From Ophelia neglecta (taxonomy: Eukaryota): 64,000 nucleotides of DNA. Location of the stretch: NCBI GenBank assembly GCA_965285935.1, contig OZ260662.1:93372001-93436000 (forward strand), in the 5' to 3' direction. Each line of letters begins with the position of its first letter. The stretch's first letter is position 1. Shown here one piece after another: positions 21,131 to 35,200 of this stretch. Below the pieces are notes generated by a model. It made no database searches, was not told where the DNA came from, and worked only from the letters and a program-made list of their open reading frames with translations. The position numbers were made by a program, and so were the translations under genes.

Positions 21131-22099
21131 TTATTTAGAATTGGCAGACACTAATACTCCATCTCTGTTCAGGGAATGTTCAATCCCATCGATCATCAGC
21201 TTGTCTTTCTTCAGGAACACTTTTGAGTCAGGAAGTTCCTCTCGCTTCTTTTTCATAATTGGAACCAGCTTCTTTCTAGCCGATCTCACAGTGGCGTTGA
21301 AGTCCTCAGACACGTAGAGACCCTCCGGGCGCGTCTGCTTAACGGACTGAAAGATCGCCTGTTTATCTTTAAAAGAACCAAAAGCAGCTATCAGGGGTCT
21401 GGGTTTCCCTGCTCTCTTCTTCCCAAGCCTGTGAGCCCGTTCTATAGGTACCTCGTTTACCATGCCCAGCTTGTTTGACAGTGCCTCTCTTAGTTTTAGT
21501 TCTGAGTCCTACCACGTCTCTCTTCCTGTGTCCTCCTCAATACCATCAAATATTAGGTTATTTCGTCTGGATCTATTTTCTAGGCCGTCAATTCTTTCGG
21601 AGAGTTCCTGGTTATGAGACCTAAGTTCACTAATTTCTTTCTTCATTTCCTGGTATTCTGTAAGTTGGCTGTCCAACTTATCATTCATATCATCCATCCT
21701 CTTACTAACATCTAATCTCAGGCTCTTTATTTCTGCCAATAGGTCCGACATGGTAGGGCACGCGCTATCACCCTGAATACGTAGTTCTCCCTTGTTCGAC
21801 TGTGAGAGCGTAGCCTGCCTTGATCTTGGGGGGCTGCCGGGCACAGATGGGTTAGACCTAGTCCCAGCGGGGCCGGGGTTACTTTCCACATCGCCGCATT
21901 GTAATAGTAAGTTTATGTTTACCTCCGACCATGGTCGACTCGGTGTACTTTCACCATATCCAGTCGTAGCGTTACACTCCCCTCTCATGTCGATCCCAGC
22001 TTTAGAGTACTGACCAGGCCAAGCAGCCAATTTTCCAGAAACTGGCTCGTGACACAGGGCACACGCCACCAGACATAACAAAACCAGACGTACCGACAT
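21131..22099 (-). pseudogene. LINE ORF1 (hydrophobic leader, 2A, coiled coil, L1-ORF1-like RRM/CTD) with one in-frame TAG
   Basis: Track ORFs 21509-22156 and 21131-21463 share a frame, separated only by TAG at 21509-21511 (ETW*DSE). Motifs LENRSRRNNLIFDGI, IERAHRLG, KPRPLIA, YVSEDF, KLMIDG. Confidence 0.9.
21869..21925 (-). other. 2A-like StopGo (ribosomal skipping) peptide
   Basis: EVNINLLLQCGDVESNPG|P matches the D(V/I)ExNPGP consensus with the upstream leucine tract. Confidence 0.92.
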
Positions 22100-23497
22100 G
22101 CTCAAACGTTCGCGACTGACCAAGATGGCTACCGTCTTCTTCGGCCTTCGGCCCACGTGCGCGGGGAAAAACGATCCTCACGCTGCCTCCATAGCTCTAT
22201 TCCGATTCCCATGCTGTGCAACGATTACTTGGGTACTTCCCACGCTCACCACAGTCAAAAATGTAGCTGACAAAAACTATTATATGAATAAATCCACTTA
22301 TTTTCGGGAACACTTTCCGGCTGCTTCCACCGCTAACGATGACGTCACTCACTCCCACTTATTTAATGTATATATGTAATGGAAAATAGAGACCGACTAA
22401 ATTTATTGCTGGATGATTCACTAATTTTTCCTCCAACGTGGGCTCCACAATTGAAGCCTCCTTCCTCTCAGCTCAGAATAACTTTTAAATTTTTGATCCA
22501 GTTAATCCTAGCAGCTGTATCCAATGAGGACATAATCAACATAATGAAACTTTAAAAAATTATTTGGAACAACATAGCTGCAAAATTTATTAAAATAATG
22601 CTAAGAATATTAGCAATGCCTTGACCTTTTATTGAATTTGTCCTTAACCCAGGGTGTTAGAAATCGCAAAAGATTTTCCTTTATTTAAGAGTGGATTCTG
22701 TGTACTCTTCAATAATAATCGTCACTGTCAGTGCGATTTTTTATTTCAAAAAATCGGGGAAAAATATGTACTAATGATTGTAGTTATTTGTTTAAGAAAC
22801 ACAACTTTGTATATAATTAACAGTTTGGACTTTAGGAAAATCGCTCTACCAGTCGTGCCTTAATTCTTCTTTTTGACAAAATATCCAATGCCTTAGATGA
22901 AAGGGACTCGGCTGTTGGCCTTTACCCTGACTATGTATGTAAGGCATTGAATACGATCGATAATAAAATTATGCTCCTCAAACTCGAACATTTTGGAATA
23001 CGAGGTTCAGCCCTAAACTGGTTCAACTACTATCTCACACAAAGACAACGACACCCTGATTATTCTGGAACCCTCTCTACATTATTATAATTATATACTT
23101 GGGTCCCTCAGGAATCCATTTCGGGCCCACTTCTTTTACTGCTTATAATATTGACCTTTCTAGCGTATGTAACAAGTTATTTCTTATGCTTTTAGAAGCA
23201 AGACGACTCCAATTTTAATATTCCTGGAACAATAATAACAACTTATTAAAAGCTCTGAATGAGGAGATTGTAAAATTGCGCATTTGCTACAAATGATAAA
23301 TTAACACTCAATGCTGACAAAACACATTATGTGATATTTAAGTACTAGAACATTGTTTAACATTAACCAAAACACATACAGCAAATCAAAGTGTAAATTC
23401 CACAAAAATTCTTGGAGTGATGATAGATTCTTATGTTAGCCGGAAAACCTTGTCAGGAATAAATTGGCCAAAGGGTTGGGAATTATTCATAGAGCAA

Positions 23498-23735
23498 TTT
23501 GATTGATTGACTAATTGAAGTTATTTTATTTGGCTTCACACCAGACACATTTTACATGATAATATATACAGACAACAATACGATTAAAAGATCTGGGGAA
23601 AACATGGACACCAGTAATGGCATAGCTGTATAGGTACTTGACGCCCAGAATACGCACGCATTAAAATAAACACACAAAGCAAAGTGTCAACCAAAAATGG
23701 TTATATATACAAAGTATCAATGCTTTAAGTAACCT
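23498..23735 (-). mobile_element. Short 5'-truncated retroelement 3' end inserted antisense in the host RT region
   Basis: Minus strand ends AATAAA...(CAAT)n; host frame AKGLGIIHRA resumes as RKFIDS*ALITLYYS after the insert. Confidence 0.6.
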
Positions 23736-26700
23736 AGAAAATTTATTGATAGTTAGGCACTTATCACCCTGTACTACTCTTATGTACTCCCACATCTTAC
23801 TTATTGTCTCGCGGTTTAGGGCAGTACGTATTCTATCTACCCAGACCCAATTAAAAGGCTCCAGAATTGGGCGGTTAGACTAATCACTGTATCTCTCAGA
23901 AATGCCCATACTATACCTTTATTCACCAAGGAGCAGATTCTCCGCTTGAACAAGTTATATAGTTCTTGCCTTAAGGTTATAATATACAAATGTATGCATT
24001 GGCTGCTTCCCAACATTATCCCTTCATTGTTTAACACATTTGTATACAGTCATGGTACTGGACATGTCGATAACCTGCGCGTTATTTTATATCAAACCGA
24101 TATTCTGAGGCTTGATGTGAGTCACCAGGGTACATTGGCTTACAATTGTCTGTCTAAATAGTTTTCATATAATTCTTCTATACAATGATTTAAGCGAGTA
24201 TTAAAGCGATATTTTATGGAGTCTGCCTCCATTCACCTATAATTTGGGGGTATTATTTATTATTATTTCATTATTGTATTATTTCCTCTACTGCTTACTA
24301 TTACCATTTTTAATTTAGGGTTTTGACATTGTTCAGCCAGAGTTTTATTCGCGGTAGTAACTTTTTTCTTCTTGACTGTTTTAAGCATTGCACTGCATCC
24401 TATCATATAGTTATTAAACAAAAGCTCCTGCTTTTAGCCTCCAAATGTCACTAGTTGACTTTCTTTATTTGGCTAGACCATGTGTTTATTCTTTGTTATT
24501 GGTATTATATTTTCTTTTGTTCCACTTAATACAATAATTGTCTTAAATTTATATACAATCTTTTCAAATATTATTTTCTATTTCGTGTTATTCTCATCTG
24601 TTTACTTGTTATATTTTGGTGATAATAAACCTCTTTAAAGCGAATTGAATTTTGAATTGAATAACATGTCAATTCAGACTCCAAAATGAAAACGATAAAG
24701 TGTTCTTTACGCAATATATATTATACCGAGCGAGTTCAATGTGGCCATACATTGACCAGCATGAATAAGTTACCACCTAAATGCTCGAATACATGAGGAT
24801 GCCGTTAACCCAACACTTTTCTAATGTAATCTTAATGTTACGCTAACTTCGTTGATAAAAGCGCTAGTTAACATCGACACACCAACATTTGACATACTGA
24901 ATGCGTTAGGCTAAAGCTTTCACATTTTACACATTTAACTCGGGCTATCCTCTACATGTTAATGGAATTTGACGAGGTGCTAAAATATACCCTGTATGAA
25001 TTACAAAGTTCCTTTTTGTTTATGAGGCAAATAATGAATACAGACAATAAGTCTTTAAATTAATCATATAACATTCAAAGCCAGTCGGCCTGTCTTAATA
25101 ACATTTTTGTTGCTCGGGTACTTTAGTTCACTTTCATGATTCCACAAGGATTACTTCAACGGCTTTTTTCAATACTCGGTTTGAATGTACATGTAATTGC
25201 GGGCAGTAGTCAGTATAGTTATTGCAACAATTCTTTTAAATTCTGCTTTAACAAATTCAAACAAGTACGAAATAGGTTTTTATCTATGCTACACATTCAT
25301 TTGTAACGCCTGGACTTAAATTAGACAAATTAAAATCGATCGTTATCTGCTGGCCTGACAAAGGTACTAAAAACTGTAATTCAGTAAGTAGTAGTGCTGT
25401 TGATGACTTTTGTACCAATTTGGGCTCATATGTCAGGACTTCTAAAATAATTTAAATTGTTTGACAGTGCTCTTCCGCATACGTTATACACATGAAAATA
25501 TCTGTAAAAATTGTGAACATACCCATGAATAGATTGTGCCGCCTAGTAGTAATAATGTATATATATAATGCGTTTTATTGGATTTTCCAGTGCTTTAATA
25601 GTATGATATCAGCCCAAGTCACCCTGCTTTTTGCTGTTTTATTTATAATTTGTTACATTTAGTGCTTTTTTTAAATATCTTCATGTAAGGAGCAGTGGGG
25701 ATTCATTTAAAGCAACTCGGTATATATACGCTTTTATGTTAATCTTTTTAGCACACAAATATTATACGGTTTCCGACTCAATTAAATCACGTTCATTTCG
25801 TACTATCATTAGAATATATGCTTTTATCATCATCTATTCAACTATTAAAGTGAAAACAATGCTCATATACAAGAGGTGTATATTCATTCCGAACATTCAA
25901 AACATTCAGGAAACTACATCCTGAGGACTATGCTCTGATATCTGAGTACATTTTGCTGTTTTCCTCTGCGATCAGCATCAGACTGGCATTATACAGACAA
26001 CTTAAAATGAACAGGACACCAAGTTACAATCTGCTTCCCAAGCTGCCCCATCCAACAGCAATAAAGGTATATTTCTAACAATATGAAATCGATCTCCACA
26101 TCCCGCAGGATGGTGACGTTCACAGCAACACACAAACTGTCTCACTTGTTTCAGGAAGATCACAGCGCTAAGAATCTCTGTCCTCATTAAACGTTCTCAT
26201 CCACAAAGACCCCACCCTGTGTTACAGTGCCCAAAAATAATCAATAAACATTTCCTAGTTCTAACCTAATGAAGTACCCTTGCCTATGCAGCTACTCGGC
26301 TGACACCAACATTTATTATTCATCGAAACAAAGCGCATCTATTTTGCACTACATGACCTAAAAACTCGTAGGCATACACTCACTTCCCGCCTGTCACCAT
26401 TTGGCCAGACACTAAAATCTAGCGACGTATGCCAAGGGACATAAATTGCTAACCGGAAACCTAAATGCTAGTGCTATGAGCAATGGTAATAAATACCACA
26501 TCTGGTACCTCGTGGTCTATAATGTTGCGGGCGGCGTCCAAGATATCGACCTTCTAGGTAGAAGGACTATTACATTTCCCAACTGAGACCATTATAAGAC
26601 TTAGGTGTAGGCAATCGACATATAATATTAATTTAATGGCCGACACCTTAGTTATGGGGCAAAGGTGTATATTGCGGGACTGGGTGCAGAATTTGCTATC

Positions 26701-28299
26701 AAGAAAAACTAATACGTTTTATAAGGACAAACATGACCCACAAATATGGTTGTACCAGTAGAAATAATTTTCATAATGTATTATAGAAGGGTGTTGCATA
26801 CATGGATTTAGTTCTGATATTCAGTTCTGATATTTGGTCTTTTTTAAACTCTATGACGTGCACTTGGTGGGAAAGAATACCTTATTTACTTTCGTTTATC
26901 ACGACCGAGCTTAAACTCAGTTGATGCCTGCTACATCAATTATTTTTTCAAATTGTTATTGTTGCTTGCAGGGCCTGAATTGACCCCCAACCCCAACCAC
27001 CTGAAGTGTAATCAAAATTTATTGGACAGTCCTACCAGTCACTGGTGTAAACTAAGATACTTTAGGCAGGGACAAAACTGCTCTTAAATATAACTAGGTA
27101 TTCATTTTTATTGCCCTAAAGTCGTAATATTAAATCTTGTTTGAATTGGCGAAAACTGGACCCAATAAAATCTGGGTGTGTAATCTTCGTCCGGTGATGA
27201 AATGTAGATTTTGCGTTAACAGCAAGTTAGACAAACGGTTTTCTTGAAATAAATGTCCTAAGGAAGACAAGTTCTAACTGTATAATTGCGCTATAGAAAA
27301 GCAATATCGTAGAAAAAATATAATGACGAAACGACTGTAAACAATACTGGCCATTGAGGCATTATGATATGAGCGGCCTCTGAGGCCGACGAGGACAATG
27401 ACCCGAAATGTTGTGGGCCCGAAATGTTAAGGGGAAAAAATCTAGAGCCAATATTTGCTGTGAACGAAATGTATGAGAGGCTTTATATATTGTCATGCCA
27501 TACATGAACCGACGATATCGGGACCGACTTATATAGGGAATTACTAGAATTTGATCTGCGATATGAACGGGTTTTAATGCTGCCAGTTGAATGGCATTTA
27601 TCCCTGTAGAGAGACTGCCGAGAGAGAATGAGAGCTTCTAGAAAATACCCTTTCAGTTCACGGTGACTCCAGACGTAACTCCCTGTTGAGAACTTCTCAT
27701 GGCGCTAAAATCAAATTTAACTATATCTTTTAAGAATTCCGTTACAAGATTTATAGAGTTAAGAAGCTGGAGATATGATGTTAATGAAGCTGATGGTTCT
27801 TCAGGAATTTCGACAGATTGAATCGAAAATTAGTGTTAGATTTTTTAATTTGACTGACATTATCCGCCGATAATTCTCATCCGCCCCGGCCCCTTCCCCC
27901 TAGACTCCTCACGAGTAAACGAAAGCTAGCCCTATTGGTCTTCTGCATGCTATGCCGTTTAGTAACCATTTTCTTCATTGTGCACTCGCAGTATTTTGGC
28001 CATTTGTACTTTTACTAGGCAGTTTTTAAAAGCCCTTGATTGTCTTGTTTTATGCTATTCCCGTTTCATTAGTTTATATTTTTGCATTTATACGTTGGAG
28101 TCATCGTATGAGCCTTTTAAATATATTTAAAATTTAGGTATGGCTTCCCTTCGATACACTAATTAGAATTAACGTTAAATTGTGTTTAGTAGACATAAAG
28201 AGTTTACGTGAATCATATTATGAAATTATACACAAATTGGTGATATGTGTATTTTAGATAGCAGGAAAGATGGAAAGATAACTTATGACTTATGATTCA

Positions 28300-29290
28300 A
28301 TGACAATTAATGATTACTTTGACCTGATTACTTCCTGTATTTTTTTTTAAATACTCTGCCTACCAGGTTTCTAAACATGAAGGCTCGCTTATCGACAATT
28401 TCATATGCATATCAACTCTCCATACAAGCAAGTCTACTTGTAATATATTTGTATAATCACATTTCTGATCACCAGCCTTATTTTCTCTGTTTGGAAAATG
28501 GTCAAGTCCATTTTTAATTTCCTAAACTATTAATATTAATAGGTTAGATCTGATTTTAATAAATAATTCCTTAATTAAACTGCAGGCATTAATATTAACC
28601 AATAGCCACGATTCATTTTCTGAATCAGAGCTGAATTCAAGCTACTATGAATTGGACGATTTTATTAGAAACACATTCGGTGAACATCTCAGTCCTGTTT
28701 TTGTTTACTTTTATACAAGCCCGGTTGCTCTACTCAGAGAATATTTAATGTTATTAAGTGTTGAAATATATTATATAAAAAATATCAAAGAAACCTCTAT
28801 TAATACCAATGAATAATAAACTTTAGAAACCAACTTGCATGCTTATAATTTTATTTTGAATGAAACCATTCAACTTGCAAACAAGGAATATAATAATCGT
28901 CGTTTACTTCAGCCCAGTATGATATAAATAATGCACTGGTTTCAGTAAGGTACGCCTATAATAAAGAATCGGATAAAAGAGTTGTCCCAATTATTTTCAA
29001 ACAAATGTTAGGAGTGTTACTGATAAACAGGGAATAGCTCAGAACTTCAACAATTTCTACTCCAATATAGACCCCCATTTAGCTTCTTATATAGATTTCC
29101 AAACGAATAGCACATTTTCAGAATTCCTGCGCAATGTGCACAACTTTAATATAATTGGTGAAGTTCTATCATAAATTTGCCAATAATAATGTCCCTGTAT
29201 ATTTTGCAACTGTTCAATTAAACTCTGATGCTCACATTCAACCGGGGTTAATTCCATCTGCCAAGTAGCAGACGTGTATTTGCAACTAAA
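28300..29290 (+). mobile_element. Decayed L2/CR1-group ORF2 fragment (endonuclease C-half and linker)
   Basis: DYFDLITS, TLPTRF, GSLIDNF, ISDHQPYF, TDKQGIAQNFNNFYSNIDPHLAS. Confidence 0.75.
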
Positions 29291-32200
29291 TATATTAGGC
29301 ATAGCATCGTGCGAACATTTAATGATACTCCCGACTTTATTCAGGATGAGGATTTAAAAGAAATCTTAATAGAGTCTCCATGACCATTATTATGACATGA
29401 TTTATATTTCATTTTATTTATTTATTTTTCATTTATTTTCATTTACTTTTTATTGTTATTTATACATAATTGGTCGAAGAAATCATTTCTGAATAGGTAT
29501 TTTGTTAACTTGGGTTAACTTGGGTTAAGAAAATGGATAATGTCCGAATGGCTGCCCTCTCGGTTAGGCAGCTTGATATGCTTATACTGGTTGCTTCCTT
29601 ATTCAATGATTGATACACGATTCAACCAGGCAAAAGAGGCCTTTTGGCAACTGCTGATCTGGGATGCTACCAGGACCTGGATGCTTGTATGTAAGAAACC
29701 TGGTGGGACTTCGGTGTTGCTCTCAGGTATATCTGACGCGAAACGGTCTCCGCCGACAAATAAACATTGAACTTACTCCCACAATGCCCCTTTAATCTTT
29801 AGAAGGATGTCGAAAAATTTGAGTCCATGAAGACATGACCTTGCCGTTGAGCAAGTGAGATTGTGGTCAGTGTTGTCTTTGGCAGCAGTACAAAATAGAA
29901 GCTTTATTAAAACTGAGGGGGCTATCCCACCATCTTGTATATACATAATGAGAAACCTAACGCACTGGAAACTTCTTCTCGTTGGTCTGAGTGCTACACC
30001 AGTTACTTTGGATGATTTCTAGGATGACAGTTGTGGAGTTAAAACTGGGATAGGATTATGCCTGCCTTCTACCCATTAATATCAAACTGTGTCTTTTTAT
30101 CTGAGTCATGCTGAAGCATGCTCACAAACTGCAATAGGAAAGGTGGTGCAGACCCATTGATGCAAGTTTGGTCCAGAAAGTCCTCTGTGGCACAGCTGGC
30201 TAATGTGTTCAGAGTTGAAGCGTTTGATACGTGACTGGGAGGATGCGAGTTCAGGTCCCATCAGAAACGGGGGATATTTCGGCCCCATTCGGCCCCAACC
30301 CAGGGGAAGCGTGCTACAGGACTAATGGGAAGGTTGAAAGCCATGTAAACGAGCATCAACCACTTAAAAAGGGATGCGACTAAGGGATGACTATGATAGC
30401 TAGTATGATAACATAACTGTTGTCAACATTAGCTTTTAATACTTTGCCAACACCAAAATATGATGAAAACGCTGATCCTTTATGCGAGTCCTGTTCACGT
30501 TGGCTCATCCAAGACCAAGATTCGCAACCTGTTGTTTGTAAAACTAAATCTGCCAACTTGAAAGCAGGAGCAGTATTTTTTGCAGCTTTACTTTACTATA
30601 CGTGGATTACCAGCTGTGACAGAGGAAGGGTATGAAAATAGCTCCTTGTGATTCTTTGACAACTGGTATCAGCCCTTTCCCAGTTATAAAAGGTCATCCT
30701 TGAGAAACAACGTTGCAAGCGCTTTGCTTTCTAATAAGCTTCGTTAAGCTTTCTGGCACAAGTATTTAATTTTTCATTTCAGTTGCATTGTCATTGGTTC
30801 ACTAAAAATTGAGTCGGAGAGGTCTTTGCCACACAGTAAAATAGATACACTTTGTCTTCAACTGACTTCGAGAGACCTTATTCTGAACCAACATCCACCT
30901 GTTAACTTTCTACAGATTGCATTTCCTGAAATTTACTTCTTTATGGTAAAAATATTTAAGTTCTACCAGCTGTCCTATATTACGTAACTCAAATGGCGGG
31001 TATCAAAATTCAAGGTGTCTACGCTGTGGTTTTGCAAACGTGTATATGAACAGCATATCCTGAAAAATTGGTTCTTATATCACAGTTTGAATGATTCACC
31101 TCATACCAGGGTATACTCCTTACCATCTCCTCCATACTACGCTGGGAATATATATATGCGATAGGGTCAATTACAACTAAAGGTAGATATTAGCAGATAT
31201 TAAATATAGTTAGCAAAAGCTTCCTGGTAGCTTATATTTAGGGTTAACATATATCAGAAAACCGGCATATGCATTTGGCAAACAAAGGGAGTCTCTCCAT
31301 ATTGTTGCCAAATGACAATAACATCCGCGATGTAGACATCCTGTCTTAATTAAATATCTCTAAGCAAACAAAGACATGTGTACAGGCCAAGATTAAGCAT
31401 GAACGACCATAACCGATTTAGACGAGGTGTCTAAATATCACTCTATATAAGCTTTCTTCAAGACTGTTCGTATTCGGGTCCAAGTTGTCATTGTGTCAAC
31501 ACATTCACAGTAAAAGACTACAAATCTTTGTGATCAATTCCACTCATAATGGGTCCTACATTGACAACTGCCTCTTTAATGCGTTGTGTCCTTTCATAAT
31601 ACATAATTACCAAATTATTTCTACCTTTTGGAACTGGGGTTAAATATCATATGAACCTGGGGTCAATAATTCTTGGTGAACTATCATTGATCAAGGACTT
31701 TTATTGCTATGTTGCTTTTCTCCCAGGTATCCAATACCGTTGTGTGTGTGGCGCCTTCACCGATATACATATACCTCACATTATTAATGGTATTAATCTT
31801 CAACCTCATCTTAGTCATACTTAAGATAAGTATTTAGGGGTATTTAGTAGAAAGGAGTAGCAGTTGACAAATGGGTGGTAAATATCCTCGCAATCCATCG
31901 GTTACGCTTGGGAAGCAAACATATCTTTGAAGGACGAGGGAATGCTAAATCTCTTGATAGTGACTTCACCTAAAGCTAGTTGAATGCAATGAAAGCTTAA
32001 GTTATTCGTATTCCAGACTTTGTATATCATAAAGAAGAAATCCATAAAATAGCATATCGTAATATATTTGATTCGTAACCAAGTTCTTCATCTTGTTATA
32101 ATCGTACCCTCGATGTAATTGCATACAAAATCATCAGGGGATTGCAAGTTCTTAAATTGAGAATGTTTAACATTTAACACCTCATTGTTTCCCACTGCAT

Positions 32201-35200
32201 ATATTGTAGTCTTTGGTCATATGAACCAAGAATCAACTAGGTATTTTATCCTCATACTATCGCGACCATTTAATTCAAGGGTGAGCGATAGACCTTGTAT
32301 AAATTTTGTTTTGATGAAGTTAATTTATAATACACGAATTTAAGCAAAAATAAAATCTCTCGTTTACCTTCCATCAACAAAAACCATATTCAACCACTAC
32401 GACCTGAAAACTAAATCAAACATCCATAGCGTAGTTATTTACCGATTTTAAATTTAGAACATTGAAAGATGTATAAATAAAAATGAGGATTTACGGGGCA
32501 ATTCGAATCCCACTAGGTAGACAGGAAGCGGTTGGGGGGGGGGGGGGACGAAGCATCAGCGGTGGTTCCTATCTTTTGCCTTTCACAGAATGTGACAGTG
32601 GTCATGAAATATTGAACGAAGCCGGTAAAGATATGCCTCCCCCCCCCCCCCACCCCTTTCACGTCAAAAATGACCGCCCCCTACAGAAAGATGTATAGAA
32701 AGGCATATTAGATGCCAAGAATCAGGCTAGGCTATTGAGAAACATCTACTTGCATAAAGAACGACTTGTAGAGAAATTCCTGACTACAGAATTTCAGGAT
32801 ATCAAAGGTAGAAATGACTTTGGGGAGCTTCCCATCAATTCCCGTTAGTCAGACACAGAAAGCAGGTGGCTTTCAAGAGCCTCAGTTTAGATCATTTGAT
32901 TCCACGACAGATCACCCCCAGACTCTATCCATGTTGCTGTGAGCAGTTTTACCCTGAAATCGCTGGGGACACCAAGCCAAGTCGAGCATGTTGTCTACTT
33001 GTTTTAGCATGTTCATTACTTAAGGAGTATCATGACCACCTTTGAAAGATCCATGTAAGGTCCCTTTAGAATTCTATCATAGATTATTTATTTATATCGC
33101 AATATTCAGCTGCTTGTAAAAATGCAACGGTGTTTAGAGAATGAAACCCCAAACACCCATGAAAGTCTTAAGGTAGAAACCCAGCAACAGTGAAAATGGC
33201 TAGGTAGTTACTGTCGAGCTACAACTATTCATTAAGTCATGCCGCCGATGGGAAATGCTTCAGTTCTCTGAGTAAATCTGTGACAATTTCTCACGTTTTT
33301 TTATTGATAATGGATCCGAATTCCCTCTTGCCCGAGCAGGGATATTGGCGGTGATCATCGTGAAAGCGCTTAGCTGAATACATGGAGAAAAGCAGCCACG
33401 AGTGGACCTAATGAAAGTAGAAAACCATGTCTTCCTAGTTTATTGCCGAGTGCTCCATTGTTTATTTATTTGTTTAGAATCCTGTACCCACATCACTTCT
33501 TTGTTAGGCACAAGCAGAAACTTAGAAGATTCACATATACGGCAACCCAATATTGTCGTAATAATGTTTTCGGGAAAAGTCATTATCATTGACAAATATG
33601 ATAAGTGGTCCAGACTTCATTTTGCAAACGATAAATTGTATTTTTAGCTCAATCTGGCGGAGGCCTCGATTTTATTATTCAGACCGACCAGAAGGACCCC
33701 TTTTCTGTGTAAATGGTTCATATCACAAAATATATGCCAATGTGCTTTCTGCAAGGAAGTAAACAAAACTAAAGAAGCTTAAAGTCCTGTAGTTCATAAA
33801 GGATTTGCCAAGAAAGGTCCATGGAATACGTATTGATCATGTTTACTGACATGGTTAAAATCCACAATATTGACTCGAGGCGAATTCTGTTAACTGAGAC
33901 CATATGCGACGTCAGTCAAATATTTCATATATTCGCAGCACACCATTGCTCCAACTGCATTATTCTAGATAAACTTTAAAGCCATTGTCCGTTTCCGTAG
34001 TCCTTGCATGTTAATGTTGATTCAATATTTTCAGCAAGGTTATTTATTTTGGCAGATGTTCTTGGACCACGGTGATTGAGTTCCAGGGTATACATTATAA
34101 AGTGATGTCTCATAATGGCGGCCCCTTACCCGCATCCCTCAAAGTCACTTGCAATACAGTTTGACCTAGATGGATAGAGGGGATGGATATGAATACAACC
34201 CTGTGTTTGTGTAAATAGGCTCGGTGGAGACATGGGACGATCTTCAGCTTCTGTTGTGCCTAAGAGGACGCAGCTGAGGAGCAATTTCCCGCCCAAGCAT
34301 GTGAAGCGGACGTTCAGAAATGTCACTCGGTGATTGGCTAACAGGGACAAACGTTTGATCCTTAATTGATTGATCGCGTACTGCCTTCAACATTTTGTGT
34401 GTTTCCCTAGAGAAATACATCCGCAAATTAGTAAACCGGCATTTGGCTGGAGACGTGCAATGATGAGTGGACATTAAAGATGCCAGAAACAGGTTGAACC
34501 ACCGTTTTTTGCCAGCCTTGCAGCCTTAATATTTGTGGAAGCACTCCAGCCGGTGCTATCATTGCCGAATGAAGTGAGTCCTGGGTGGCAGCTGAGGGAG
34601 CCAGTGTTGAAATCGTCCTCACGTTATCGTCTGCATAAAGACGCGATACACGCGGTCCTGAATTCACAAATCACGCAAACAAGTCAGCGAACAGTCGCTG
34701 AGCCATAGTCTGCCAAATCGTAAAACAAATTACAGCGGCGCCCTGCAAACAGCGGATCATTCGCAGGAGGACAAGATTTCGAGCCAAGCAATATGGATCA
34801 GGACAAGTAAATAGAGTGAGACTACTGGCCCTTTAGAAGATCACAACGATACAATAGTGCTTCCTGTGCTGGTGAAATATTCATAATGCCTCTTAGGAAA
34901 CCCTCACTGCTCAGGTCAATAGTGGACCGTGGCCTTGCAGCTGGTGTACCATTGCTTTTGTTTGTACTCCAGCTTGGAGCTCAGGCAGGCGAACCTCACG
35001 CCCCGTGTTACAACTGTGAAATTTATCATCTGATGCAATCAGACCAGGCTTTTCACGACAGACAGGTAAGCACAAAGCAATTACCTTCCAAACATCGCCC
35101 ACTACTAGTATTGGCTGTGGTGGACTCTCTCACTTGTATCACAGGCTTATTCACGTTGTATGAATTGCCGACGGAACTGGGTTGATCCCAGTTTGAGTGA

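Larger units (their letters stand above)
19817..22349 (-). mobile_element. Nested antisense non-LTR element, internally deleted (5' UTR, ORF1, N-terminal endonuclease, 3' UTR; no RT seen)
   Basis: Host frame stops at ...AIAFTK (~19817) and resumes at HSHLFNVY (~22350). Minus-strand AATAAA at 19828-19833; the 5' end begins AGTGACGTCA. No clear TSD. Confidence 0.8.
17550..24663 (+). mobile_element. Near full-length decayed L2/Crack-like LINE (ORF1 remnant, APE endonuclease, RT, 3' UTR) interrupted by two nested antisense insertions
   Basis: ORF1 remnant IEHCHLLGPKSDKPRSIIANF (~18026) and LMIDSK. EN motifs LSETWLN, RRGGG, YHPPDT, GDFNI, ISDHLPIF (19130-19670). RT motifs STSRALILLFDKISNALD, GVPQESISGPLL (~23100). 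3' AATAAA 24624 and (TTGAA)-type tail. Whether the ORF1 remnant belongs to the same copy, and the 5' boundary, are less certain. Confidence 0.85.

Noticed and set aside
31300-32460. Possible Penelope GIY-YIG or other decayed ORF on the minus strand (YIGE-like word)
   Set aside because: Motifs are too short and inconsistent between frames to support a call.
34100-35200. GC-richer block with several short ORFs (piggyBac-like Cys tail considered)
   Set aside because: Cysteine spacing and flanking motifs are not convincing; no consistent frame.
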